DNA of 64,000 nt, taken from the NCBI RefSeq assembly GCF_963921235.1, contig NC_086109.1, forward strand, positions 34,226,001 through 34,290,000, written 5' to 3'. The notes under the pieces are model-generated. The model saw only the letters and a program-made list of their open reading frames with translations. It made no database searches and was not told the DNA's origin. Every line of letters begins with the position of its first letter. The stretch's first letter is position 1. The DNA is from Mobula hypostoma. Taxonomy: Eukaryota. Made by a program: the position numbers and the translations under genes. Positions 40,124 to 52,025 of this stretch are shown here, one piece after another.

Positions 40124-40321
40124 CACTACTACTACATCGACTCAGGCCGAGGGGACTTCGGTTAACCAGGGAGGAGAGTGTGTAGGCACTCAGCAGGACT
40201 AAAAACAAAACCTGTCAAAGGGCGGATGAACTCCTTGTGAGTCAACGGCCACCTACTGTCTGTGTGAGGAGTGGTGCGCCACACAGTCTTTCGTTTTGTG
40301 CTTTGTAAGGCATAGAAGGCA
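40124..40321. mobile_element. 198-bp TSD-flanked retro-insertion, family unassigned
   Basis: TSD TTATTAGGTGC at 40113-40123 and 40322-40332; (ACT)n at the left end; shares a hairpin with the SINE at 5089-5120. Confidence 0.7.
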
Positions 40322-41054
40322 TTATTAGGTGCGACAAAAATCAAACTTACAAAAAATAGTGAACATTAGCAAAAATAGTGAAAAGAAAAATGCCAAAAAA
40401 CATATCTACAGAAAAACACAATATTAGCTCTGTATTATTCTTGACCAGTGTGAACTTCTGGCGGTCCCTATCTCTCTCTTACACTGAGGACCATGAGCTT
40501 CTTTTTATTAGGCACTAGGACAGATCATCCTTAATTACTAACAAAGTTAACTTAAGACTACACATGAATTAGCATATGATCCTCCCTGCAATTTAGTTAC
40601 ATGCATATTGCAAAATAAGCAGAAGAGTCTGCATTAAATACAAACAACATATATACAATTTGCAAATCCCCATTACTAAATAAACAGAATACTCTGCCAT
40701 GTATGGGGGTGGGGGGGAAGGCACCATAAAGTGCATGAGGTCAGCTTAGGACCCAGTGGACACCACAGGACTGCAGGGAGACGATAGTGTGAAATAACAG
40801 AATGCTCAATACAATTGCACATGTAGAAATAAAGAATGAAATTAAACTAGACTTTGGAGTTTGACCTGTATGTAGAGTGTGGAGGGAAACAATGGGTTAA
40901 TTATGAGAATATACCCGGGAAGACATTGACCGAATGACAGCAGAATGACAAGGCGATGTTTATGTGTGATTAAATGTGCATGTGTAAGGAGTGTGTTTAC
41001 TGAGTGGTCTCTGTCACACTAGGGTTATATGAGGAGGGGAAGGAAAGTACTTGT

Positions 41055-41180
41055 TGGAGGTCTTGACGCAAAACATTGACTGTTTATTCCTCTCCACAGA
41101 TGCTGCCTGACCTGCTGATGTTCTTCAACAATTTATATGTATTGCTCTGGACTTACAGCATCTGCTGAATCTCTTGGGTT
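41055..41180 (+). mobile_element. Old Penelope pLTR fragment
   Basis: ggtcttgacgcaaaacattgactg..agatgctgcctgacctgctg..cagcatctgc.gaatct. Confidence 0.65.
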
Positions 41181-43179
41181 TATAATGAGTATGAGGAGAA
41201 CTCGTGCAGCCGTTCTCTTTGCATGCAGATGAAAGGATATTTCCGAGATCTGAGATTTATGTAACTATTATACTGTACTTTATATTGGTTTTCTGCAGTT
41301 TTTCAGCATTTTCTTTCTTCTGGGGGGTTTGGGGGTTTTGATACTAGTGTCACTGTTCCTTTTACTGCTTGTGAGGTCAGGGATTGTCATGGTCACTGGT
41401 TTTTTCTCTGCAAATGGGGATTGTTTACCTTTGTGAATGAGGATTGTTCCTGTCGCTGTTTTTTTCTGTGGGGAAGGGGCGATTTTGATGGTATTGTTGC
41501 TGTTTTTTGCAACAGGGGTGGGGTTTGGGATGTGAGTTTTGTTTATGTTATTTATCGTGCTGGGGGTAGGAGATGATGTCTTTTCTTTCATCAACCCTAT
41601 GGTCTTTTTGTATTTTGTGGCTATCTAGAGAAGACAAATATCAGAGTTGTATTGTACATGTTTACCTTGACAATGAAATAAACCTTTGAACCTTTGAACC
41701 TGTCTGAATAATCATCAGCATGACCTTGTTGCTCCTAATGACCTGCTTTTCATGTTGCCAAATGTGGAATCATGCATGAACAAGCATAACTGAGGAAAAC
41801 TTTAGAAGTAATAGCCATTAAGATATAATCCTTGGTTTATATAATGTGCAAATTCAAAATTTCAGCTAAAATATGCATTTTTATTCAAGGAATAAAGGTG
41901 GAATGTGCAGAAAATGGTTATATGTTCATGTGAAATGACTACTGACAACTACATAGAACCAGATGAAGTGTTTCAGTCAAAACATGAACTGTTCATTTTC
42001 CTACCCTAAATGCTACTGTACCCGTTGAGTCCTCTATTGTTTCATTATGTTTATATAGAATTATATACTAAATTTTGCCAGTGATTTATCAGTGGTCAGT
42101 TTTTGAAGAAATTGAATAGGTCTTAACATTTAAAAGCTTTTAAAAGGTTTCTTATTGTTAACATTGCAATTAATAAAAGCTAACAATCCTCCTGAAGACT
42201 GGGATCCAGCAGAATTAGCAGAAACTTTCCATAGTGACCATCTTAGCCTACAGGCAAAAATTCTTTCTGTGAGTTTCCACTGCTTTGCATTTTAAGCCCT
42301 ATTAAAGAGTATGGAAGCTTATATTTCACTGGCAGGTATTATGTGGAAATTGCTTTGGAGGATTATAAATGAATTTTTCTAAAACCTGCCAATCCACTTG
42401 AAATTAGAGCTAGACAAGGTCATGTATATCCTTCCCACTGCACTTTCACTCTTATGCATTTCTGTTGTGTGCTTCAAAACGTGTAAAATACAAGAGATAA
42501 ATCTTAACACAAAATGAAAGTGTTGCCAGAAAATAATTTCTCATTGATCTCAAAAAACAGTCATGTACGCGATGTAAGCTTTTCTGACTTCCAGGTGGCT
42601 GAAGTACCTAACCCATAAAGAATTACTTCTAATCAACTCTGCATCATTGATAAATTCACTTTATAATGCCCTTTCAACTGTGCTGAAAGAAAGTTTTAGG
42701 AAGGAAAGTTGTTCAAGCTAGTGACCTTAAGTCAACTGCAAACACTCAGCTTCAATAAACTACAGTTCCGCAAAGACAAAGTTTTCCACAATTTAAGAAT
42801 AAGTAGGTAAATCAGTCACAACCACAGATTCGGCAGCACAGCAGATATGGCAATTGCGCTCGTGAATAAGCACGTGTCAGCTAATTATTATTTCATTGTG
42901 ATAGTTTTTAACTCCATTCATTTCGTCATAGTATTTGTTGAGACTTGGACACAGCAACACTTCGCTGCCTGCTTGCATTCCGCTTTGCCTGAGAAATTGA
43001 ACTGTCGAGTCAACTGACTCTGAAGACCAACGATATTCGTTTTACTCTTAGTTGTTCTTTTCAGCCGCAGTGTAGGCTTCGTTTTCCATTTGAGAGTTTT
43101 AGTTAATGGCTCTTTTTGGCCTAGCACTTATTGTTTTCTTTTCCCCTTTAACACTGCTCGCAATAAAATCTGTGAACTA

Positions 43180-43735
43180 TCAGAATCAGAATCAGAATCA
43201 GGTTTATTATCACCGGCATGTGACGTGAAATTTGTTAACTTAGCAGCAGCTGTTCAATGCAATACATAATCTAGCAGAGAGACATAATAATAATAATAAA
43301 TAAAATAAAAAATAATAATAAATAAACAAGTAAATTATGTATATTGAATAGATTTAAAAAACACATAAAAACAGAAATACTGTATATTTTTTTAAAAAAG
43401 TGAGGTAGTGTCCAAAGATTCAAAGTCCATTTAGGAAATGGATGGCAGAGGAGAAGAAGCTGTTCCTGAATCGCTGAGTGTGTGCCTTCAGACTTCTGTA
43501 CCTCCTACCTGATAGTATCAGTGAGAAAAGTGCATGCCCTGGGTGCTGGAGGTCCTTAATAATGGACACTGCCTTTCTGAGACACCGCTCCCTAAAGATG
43601 TCCTGGGAACTTTGTAGGCTAGTGCCCAAGATGGAGCTAACTAGATTTACAATCTTCTGCAGCTTCTTTCGGTCCTGTGCAGTAGCCCCTTCATACCAGG
43701 CAGTGATGCAGCCTGTCATAATACTCTCCAAGGTA
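43180..43735 (-). mobile_element. Rex1/Babar-like LINE 3' fragment
   Basis: ESIMTGCITAWY..HPGHALFSL..SGRRYRSL..RFRNSFF; (TCTGAT)n tail. Confidence 0.85.
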
Positions 43736-43934
43736 CATTCTACCAGCCTGCTTCTACCACCTGAGATTCTACCGACCTGCTTCAGTGTCTCTCATTCCAC
43801 ACTTGGGCCATATCCGCACCGGGTGACAAAAACAATCTAGTGCAAGAAGAGTAAATCCTGTTGGGGAACATTGACATTATATTACAATTATCCAAGACAC
43901 AAGTCTGAGACTTTCTTGTTCAGATTTATTTATT

Positions 43935-44240
43935 TCTTCAATTATTTAGTGATACAACATGGAGTAGGCCATTCTGGACCTTTGAGCCATGTTGCCTCAG
44001 AAACCCCAGACAAACCCGATGAACCCTAATCTAATCACAGGACAATTGACAATGACCAATTAACCTACACAGTATGTCTTTGGACAGTGGAAGGAAGTCA
44101 GAGGACCTGGAGAAAATTCTCACATTCCATGGGAAAGACGTACAGAGACTCCTTACAGAATGGTGTCGGAATTGTACTCCAAACTCCGACACGCACCGAG
44201 TTGTAATAGCACCATGGTAACTGCTACGCCACTATGGTGC
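43935..44240 (-). mobile_element. tRNA-derived SINE with a CR1-like 3' end
   Basis: Reverse strand ggcaccatagtggcgtagcagtt head; core shared with the 19760 copy; ends aatggcctactcc. Confidence 0.65.
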
Positions 44241-45929
44241 CCAAGATCCAGATAACTGGATTTCCATTTATCAATCTATTTCTTAGCTAGTGAAACCAAT
44301 GGGAAAATGTGCCTTCAGTTGTTTAGAAGACGTTCCATTTGTGAATCTTAAATAAAATGAAGTATGAAATAGGGAATATTCTGCTGTATGTATTTCATTT
44401 AGAGCTATATCTTAGATCAAGAGATTGTAAATATCACTTTGTCGTTCTGAGAAATAAGCGAGTTTTAGGTTAGTAATTTATTTAGCTGCATTGTCTAGCG
44501 TAGATGGTGAAAACAGTACTAAAATATTCTTAATGCTCTTGGTATCAGCTTGGAGGTCTCAGCTGTTTATGTTGAAATGATCAAAAAGTAGAGTTACTAG
44601 AAGGACTGTCCCACATTTGCCTGCTGATTTTAACAATGCGAGTTATATAAAGGAAATGCAATGTAATGAATGTAGAATTCTGTATTCTTAATGAGAGAAG
44701 GATTGGATGTTATTATGTAAATAATACAAGATTGTTTGGAATAGCATATTGAGATCTAGACCTGCCTCATGGCAGAAGATATTCTGGAGTTTAACACGTT
44801 GCTTATGAATAGTGAGGTACTGGGTCTCAGATCTCACCATCGTGAAATTGATGCTGTGGCAGGAAGCAAGCTCTTCAAACACCATTACCAATGCAGTCCA
44901 GGGTTAAGTTCTTATGCAGTGCTTTGGTGGACATGAGGATCAGTTCCCCTAAAGCTTTGAAAGTCATGAGGGGACAGGAGAAGATCAGAAAATTAGGAGA
45001 GGGATGAAGGTTCGGGGAACCTGGTAATTGGAATTTGGTGCTAAAATGAGGCTCAGCCACTGGGCTAAGCTGTGGATATTGGAGTTTGGGAATCCTGGAT
45101 TGGAAGCTGTAATAGTTTTAATAACTACTTATTTTAAATTACAATAGACAATTTAACTGCATATATAAATGAGTAAAGCCTGACTTTTGTTATGGGTAGA
45201 GGGGAATGAAGTCACTTTTTCTCTGCCCTGTACAAACAATGTGTAAAATGTGGCCAGGGTTTCTTCTCTCCATTTCTCTATAAAAATAAGTTAAAAAAAA
45301 AAACTGGGTTAGGTTTTGACAAACAAGCCTTGCAGGTTTTAATCTTATTATTAAAGTGCTTTCCTCTGGAGAAATTTCTGAAAATTATTCGTTTCGGTGG
45401 TTGACTCTGTATCTTCCAAGTAATGATGTAATTACAGAATAATGAGTATCAAGCACGTATTGCTTCATGTTTGCATGAATAGAACTTGATAAGCAGCTGA
45501 CCTTTACCTACCCTTATTTGAATGAGCTGGAATATATTGATCTTCAGTTGAAAATCCTGCAGGAAGTTAGAGATTAGATGAAGGATTGAGTCAGAGTCTG
45601 ATTTATTATCACTGACATATTGTATGTCATGAAATTGTTGTTTTGCAGGAGCAGTACAGTGCAATGCATAAAAAATCTATAATTACAATAAAAATATAAT
45701 ATATATTATATATATGTTTAAATATTGATATTATATTGTATATTATATATAAAGTTAAAAAGTAGTGCAAAAGGAGAGCAAGGATAATGTGGTAGAGTTC
45801 ATAGATCCATTATGCATTCAGAAATCTGATGGGTGAGGGCATGTTCTGGATGGTGCGTGTCCTTAATGATGGATATCGCCTTTTTGAGGCACTGCTTTTT
45901 GAATAGGTCCTCGATGCTGGGAGTAGGGG

Positions 45930-47860
45930 CGGTCTAGCCTCTAACAATCAATTCCAGCAAATTCCCAACCACTGATGTCAGGCTAACGGGTCTATAGTTT
46001 CCTTTCTGCTGCCTCCCACCCTTCTTTAAATAGCGGAGTAACGTTTGCAATTTTCCAGTCATCTGGTACAATGCCAGAGTCTATCAATTCTTGAAAGATC
46101 ATTGTTAATGCCTCCGCAAACTCTCCCGCTACTTTCTTCAGAACCCGAGTGTGCATTCCATCAGGTCCAGGAGATTTATCCACACTCAGTCCATTAAGCT
46201 TCCTGAGCACCTTCTCAGTTGTAACTTTCACTGCACAAACTTCACTTCCCTGACACTCTTGAATATCTGGTATACTGCAGATGTCTTCCACTGTGATGCA
46301 AAATATGCATTCAGTTCCTCTGCCATCTCTGTATCTCTCATTACAATATCTCCAGTGTCATTTTCTATTGGTACTATATCTACCCTCAACTCTCTTTTAC
46401 CACTTATATACTTAAAAAAGCTTTTAGTATCTTCTTTGATATTAGTCGCCAGCTTCACTTTCATAATTGAGCTTTTCTTTCCTAATGACCTTCTTAGTTT
46501 CCTACAAATTTTTAAAAGCTTCCCAATAGCTTTGGTTTCCTTGTATCTGCCCTCTCTTTTGCTTTTGCTTTGGCTTTGACTTCACTTGTCAGCCATGGTA
46601 GCGCTCTTCTTCCACTGGAAAATTTTTTCTTATTTGGAATATATCTATCTTGCACTTCCCTCATTTTTCACAGAAACTCCAGCCATTGCTGCTCTGCTGT
46701 CCTTCCTGCTAGTGTCCCTTTCCAGTCAACTATGGCCAGTTCTCCTCTCAAGCCATTGTAATTTCCTTTATTCCGCTGAAATAACAGCACATCGGATTTT
46801 AGTTTCTCCTTCTCAAATTTCAAAGTGAACTGGATCATATTGTGATCACTGTTCCCTAAGGGTTCCTTAAGTTTATGCTCTCTTATCACCTCCGGATCAT
46901 TGCACAACACCCAATCCAGCACAGCTGATCCCCTAGTGGGCTCAACAACAAGCTGTTCTAAAAAACCATCCCTTAGACATTCTACAGTTCTCTCTCTTGA
47001 GGTCCAGTACTGACCTGGTTTTCCCAATCCAATGAATCCCCAGTGAATATCATGACATTGCCCTTCTAACATGCCTTCTCAATCTCCTGCTGAAATTTGT
47101 AATCCATATTCCGCCTGCTGTTTGGAGGCCTGTATACAACTACCATTATGGTCCTTTTACCCTTGCCATTTCTTAACTCAACCCATAGAGACTCCACACC
47201 TTCTGACCCTATGTCATCCCTTTCTAATGATCTATTATTTCTTATACACAGGGTCACACCACTCCCTCTGCCTACTAACCTATCACTGATACACCGTATA
47301 TCCTTGGATGTTCAGCTCCCAATGGCAGTCATCCTTTAGCCAAATTTCAGAGATGGCCACATGTCATACTTGCCAATCTGTAGCTGAATTCAACATCGCC
47401 CTTTTTATTTCTTATGCTTGGTGCATTCAAATACACTTTCAGTCCAATATTTGTTGCTTTCTGTTTAATCTGCACCATGTCTCTATTGCCCTGTAACTCA
47501 TCTCACTGGCTGTGATTATGCCTCATCTCCTGTCTGTCCTTTCTATCATCTCTGTGGCATGCTATCTTTGATTTATTTCTGTTTTCCCCTTCGTCAGTCC
47601 TAAAACTTCGGTTCCCATCCCCTGCCAAAATAGTTTAAACCTTCCCTAACAGCTCTATTAAACCTGCCTACTGGGACATTGGACCCCTTTGGGTTCAGGT
47701 GTAACCCATCCTTTTTGTACAGGTCGTACCTCTCCCAGAAGAGGCCCCAGTGATCTAGGAATCTGAAGTCCTGCCTCCTTCACCAGTCTCTCAGCAATGC
47801 ATTAATATTCCTGATCATGCTGTTCTTGTGCTCATTAGCACGTGGAACAGGCAGCAACGC
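45930..47860 (-). mobile_element. Degenerate CR1 (ORF1 end, APE, RT start)
   Basis: ESLWVELRNGKG..VVYRPPNS, PTRGSAVLDWVLCN..LGNSDHN, KSPGPDGMH. Confidence 0.9.
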
Positions 47861-47864
47861 TTTA

Positions 47865-48420
47865 GGTGTGGCTGTGTTGACTGTCAGCGAGGAGGGGATG
47901 TTATTTCTGATCCACACTGACTGTGGTCCCTTGGTGAGGAAGTCAAGGATCCATTTGTGGAGGGAAGCACAGAGGCACAATGTCAGTGCACTAGATTTCT
48001 GTGTTTGTCAAGGGATTCAACGTGGTGGCCAGTGGTGAAAATAAACAGCTTAGGCTGAGGTCATGCAGCTTTAACAGAATGTGGAATAAAGTGCAGTTAG
48101 AAAAAGGCCGAGGGTCATAATGAGGTAAGTGGTGTGATCGAGAGTCTGCCCTGCCATACTAGGGGATCCATTCAATATTTTATAAGAGTGGGATATCTGT
48201 TCTTGTGTCTAGGGGCATGTACTTTTGATCTTCTGCCCAATGGGAGAGGAGAGAAGAGAGACTTTCTAGGGTGGGTGGGGTATGTGTGAATGCTGGCTGC
48301 TTTACTGAGGCAGGGGTAAGTGTAGATAGAGTAATGCGGGGGCGGGCGTCCAGTTTCTGTGATGTGCTGAGCAGTGCCCACAACTCTCTGCAGTTTCTTG
48401 CGGTCAGGGGCGGAGTAGTT
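47865..48420 (-). mobile_element. Old Rex1-like fragments
   Basis: WILDFLTKGPQSVWI..SSLTVNT; TAQHIT..HP..LFSPLPLGRR. Confidence 0.6.
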
Positions 48421-49853
48421 ACCACATTCTTTTGTCTATGTTCTCACTCGTCAACTGCCTCCGTTCACTCATTGACTAGATAACCTTGCTTAAGCTTGTC
48501 ACCCGAGTTTAACCCAGTCAGAGATATCTCCCCAGCCCTCCCTGCAATCTTATAAGGTTCTTTTGTCTCCTTTTTGGTTGTGGTGAAGGGTCCTTGACTT
48601 GAAATGTTAGCCCTATTTCTCTTTCTGACCTGCTGTTTATTTCCAGCATTATCTATTTTTGTTTTACATTTCCAACCTCTGCTGTTATTCTTGATGGTCA
48701 GGAAAACACTGATGACTGTTTAATAAATCCACCAGAGTAGGAAGGCTAGGACTTTGAGGGATAAAGCAGGAATTTACAGCAGACGAGTGCATGGATCGAA
48801 GGGTTGTCAAGGACTACGGGCCAATTGTGGACAGCTGAGTTCTGCTGAAGGGACCGTTTCTGTGTTGAAATGACTCCATGGCTCTGCAGCCTAAACGGTT
48901 TTATAAAGAAGCAACATAAACTCCTGACTCATAAAGTCAATGTCTCGACCAATAAAGGCATGCTGCTTTTACCACAATATCAGCCAGTGCAGCCACTTTC
49001 AGGGAGCCATGGAATGGGATCTCAGGTTCCCTCTGTACATCGACACTGTTGGGGGTCTTTCCATCAAAAGTGCACTGTCCCTTTGGATTTGATCTCTCAA
49101 AGTGCAACCCTCACACTAGGCCAGAATGAACTCCATTTTGCATTTCTCCGCCCATCTATGACCTGCTGTATTCTTTGGCAATCTTCTACCCTATCCACAA
49201 AACTACTAATTTATTTCTTACACCTCTCCATATTTCTGAGTTACAGCATTTGATGGAGTAATTCCCTAAAACTATCTTGGTGAAAGTCGCACAAACACTG
49301 GTCACTTTAAATGAATCAACTGTTTTCCAGTACACCTGTAAATGTTCTATATTAATGGTAATTCAAAATAATTAATTGATTACATTAATTTAGTAGTTTT
49401 TGCCCATAAAAATATGTTTGTGCATTATATTGTTTTGCAATATTTTTCAGACTCAACCCAATTCTGCTTTACTCTTGCTGATGCAATGTCTGGGATCTGT
49501 ACACAAACTGCAGCCTTGCAAAACAGAAAATGCATAATTAGAAAATAAATTCTGGGTATTAATCAAGCGTATAATTTCCTTCATGAAATCTCTGTGAGGA
49601 TGATTTGGGACTTTGCATTATGATGTATATTGCAGAAAGGATTCTGTGCCCTCAGTGAGCTGGTGAATAAGTGCATTGTCCTCACAAGATATTAAGTTTT
49701 CAAGCTCACTTTTGGGTTAGCCGGAACAAATTTTTAGATGATGCAAATGGATTGAGCAAGCCAGGGTTGTGTAAAAACAAACAAGCTTCTTGCCTCTAAT
49801 AACTCTTCAGTCTTGGGTGTTGGAGCATTCAAACACTGTTGATAAAGACAGAA

Positions 49854-52018
49854 ACAACAGGAATTCTGCAGATGCTGGAAATTCAAGCAACATACATCAA
49901 AGTTGCTGGTGAACGCAGCAGGCCAAGCAGCATCTATAGGAAGAGGTACAGTCGACGTTTCAGGCCGAGACCCTTCGTCAGGACTAACTGAAGGAAGAGT
50001 GAGTAAGGGATTTGAAAGCTGGAGGGGGAGGGGGAGATGCAAAATGATAGGAGAAGACAGGAGGGGGAGGGATAGAGCCGAGAGCTGGACAGGTGATAGG
50101 CAAAAGGGGATACGAGAGGATCATGGGACAGGAGGCCTAGGGAGAAAGACGGGGGGGGGGTGACCCAGAGGATGGGCAAGAGGTATATTCAGAGGGACAG
50201 AGGGAGAAAAAGGAGAGTGAGAGAAAGAATGTGTGCATAAAAAGGAGTAACAGCTGGGGTACGAGGGGGAGGTGGGGCCTAGCGGAAGTTAGAGAAGTCA
50301 ATATTCATGCCATCAGGTTGGAGGCTACCCAGACGGAATATAAGGTGTTGTTCCTCCAATCTGAGTGTGGCTTCATCTCTACAGTAGAGGAGGCCGTGGA
50401 TAGACATGTCAGAATGGGAATGGGATGTGGAATTAAAATGTGTGGCCACTGGGAGATCCTGCTTTCTCTGGCGGACAGAGCGTAGATGTTCAGCAAAGCG
50501 GTCTCCCAGTCTGCGTCGGGTCTCACCAATATATAAAAGGCCACATCGGGAGCACCGGACGCAGTATATCACCCCAGTCGACTCACAGGTGAAGTGATGC
50601 CTCACCTGGAAGGACTGTTTGGGGCCCTGAATGGTGGTAAGGGAGGAAGTGTAAGGGCATGTGTAGCACTTGTTCCGCTTACACGGATAAGTGCCAGGAG
50701 GGAGATCAGTGGGGAGGGATGGGGGGGGACGAATGGACAAGGGAGTTGTGTAGGGAGCGATCCCTGCGGAATGCAGAGAGAGGGGGGGAGGGAAAGATGT
50801 GCTTAGTGGTGGGATCCCGTTGGAGGTGGCGGAAGTTACGGAGAATAATATGTTGGATCCGGAGGCTGGTGGGGTGGTAGGTGAGGACCAGGGGAACCCT
50901 ATTCCTAGTGAGGTGGTGGGAGGATGGAGTGAGAGCAGATGTACGTGAAATGGGGGAGATGCGTTTAAGAGCAGAGTTGATAGTGGAGGAAGGGAAACCC
51001 CTTTCTTTAAAAAATGAAGACATCTCCCTCGTCCTAGAATGAAAAGCCTCATCCTGAGAGCAGATGCAGCGGAGACGGAGGAATTGCGAGAAGGGGATGG
51101 CGTTTTTGCAAGAGACAGGGTGAGAAGAGGAATAGTCCAGATAGCTGTGAGAGTCAGTAGGCTTATAGTAGATATCAGTGGATAAGCTGTCTCCAGAGAC
51201 AGAGACAGAAAGATCTAGAAAGGGGAGGGAGGTGTCGGAAATAGACCAGGTAAACTTGAGGGCAGGGTGAAAGTTGGAGGCAAAGTTAATAAAGTCAACG
51301 AGTTCTGCATGCGTGCAGGAAGCAGCGCCAATGCAGTCGTCGATATAGCGAAGGAAAAGTGGGGGACAGATACCAGAATAGGCACGGAACATAGATTGTT
51401 CCACAAACCCAACAAAAAGGCAGGCATAGCTAGGACCCATACGGGTGCCCATAGCTACACCTTTAGTTTGGAGGAAATGGGAGGAGCAAAAGGAGAAATG
51501 ATTAAGAGTAAGGACTAATTCCGCTAGACGGAGCAGAGTGGTGGTAGAGGGGAACTGATTAGGTCTGGAATCCAAAAAGAAGCGTAGAGCTTTGAGACCT
51601 TCCTGATGGGGGATGGAAGTATATAAGGACTGGACATCCATGGTGAAAATAAAGCGGTGGGGGCCAGGGAACTTAAAATCATCGAAAAGTTTAAGAGCGT
51701 GAGAAGTGTCACGAACATAGGTCGGAAGGGATTGAACAAGGGGTGATAAAACAGTGTCGAGGTATGCAGAAACGAGTTCGGTGGGGCAGGAGCAAGCTGA
51801 GACAATAGGTCGGCCAGGACAGGCAGGTTTGTGGATCTTGGGTAAGAGGTAGAAACGGGAAGTGCGGGGTGTGGGAACTATAAGGTTGGTAGCAGTGGAT
51901 GGGAGATCCCCTGAGCGGATAAAGTCGTTGATAGTGTGGGAGACAATGGCCTGGTGCTCCTTAGTGGGGTCACGATCGAGGGGTAAATAAGAGGAGGTAT
52001 CCGCGAGTTGTCGCTGTG
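49854..52018 (-). mobile_element. Penelope-like element, left (inverted) arm, 5'-truncated
   Basis: ORFs 50706..52118 (RT: LLPKIHK, GRPIVS, MDVQSLYT, GVAMGT, RYIDD) and 50279..51052 (GIY-YIG) joined by one frameshift in a G run near 50721. Confidence 0.95.
49950..49985 (-). ncRNA. Minimal type I hammerhead ribozyme
   Basis: Reverse strand AGTC-CTGACGA-AGGGTCTCGGCCT-GAAACGTC-GACT. Confidence 0.85.
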
Positions 52019-52025
52019 GATTAGC

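Noticed and set aside
41280..41594. 104-aa K/T/P-rich ORF
   Set aside because: Compositional artefact of a GT-rich repeat-derived tract
42850..43180. Solo LTR-like segment with AATAAA
   Set aside because: No partner copy, termini or TSD identifiable in the window, so it could not be supported as a feature
45665..45760. AT-rich quasi-palindrome
   Set aside because: Low-complexity expansion within an old LINE 3'UTR
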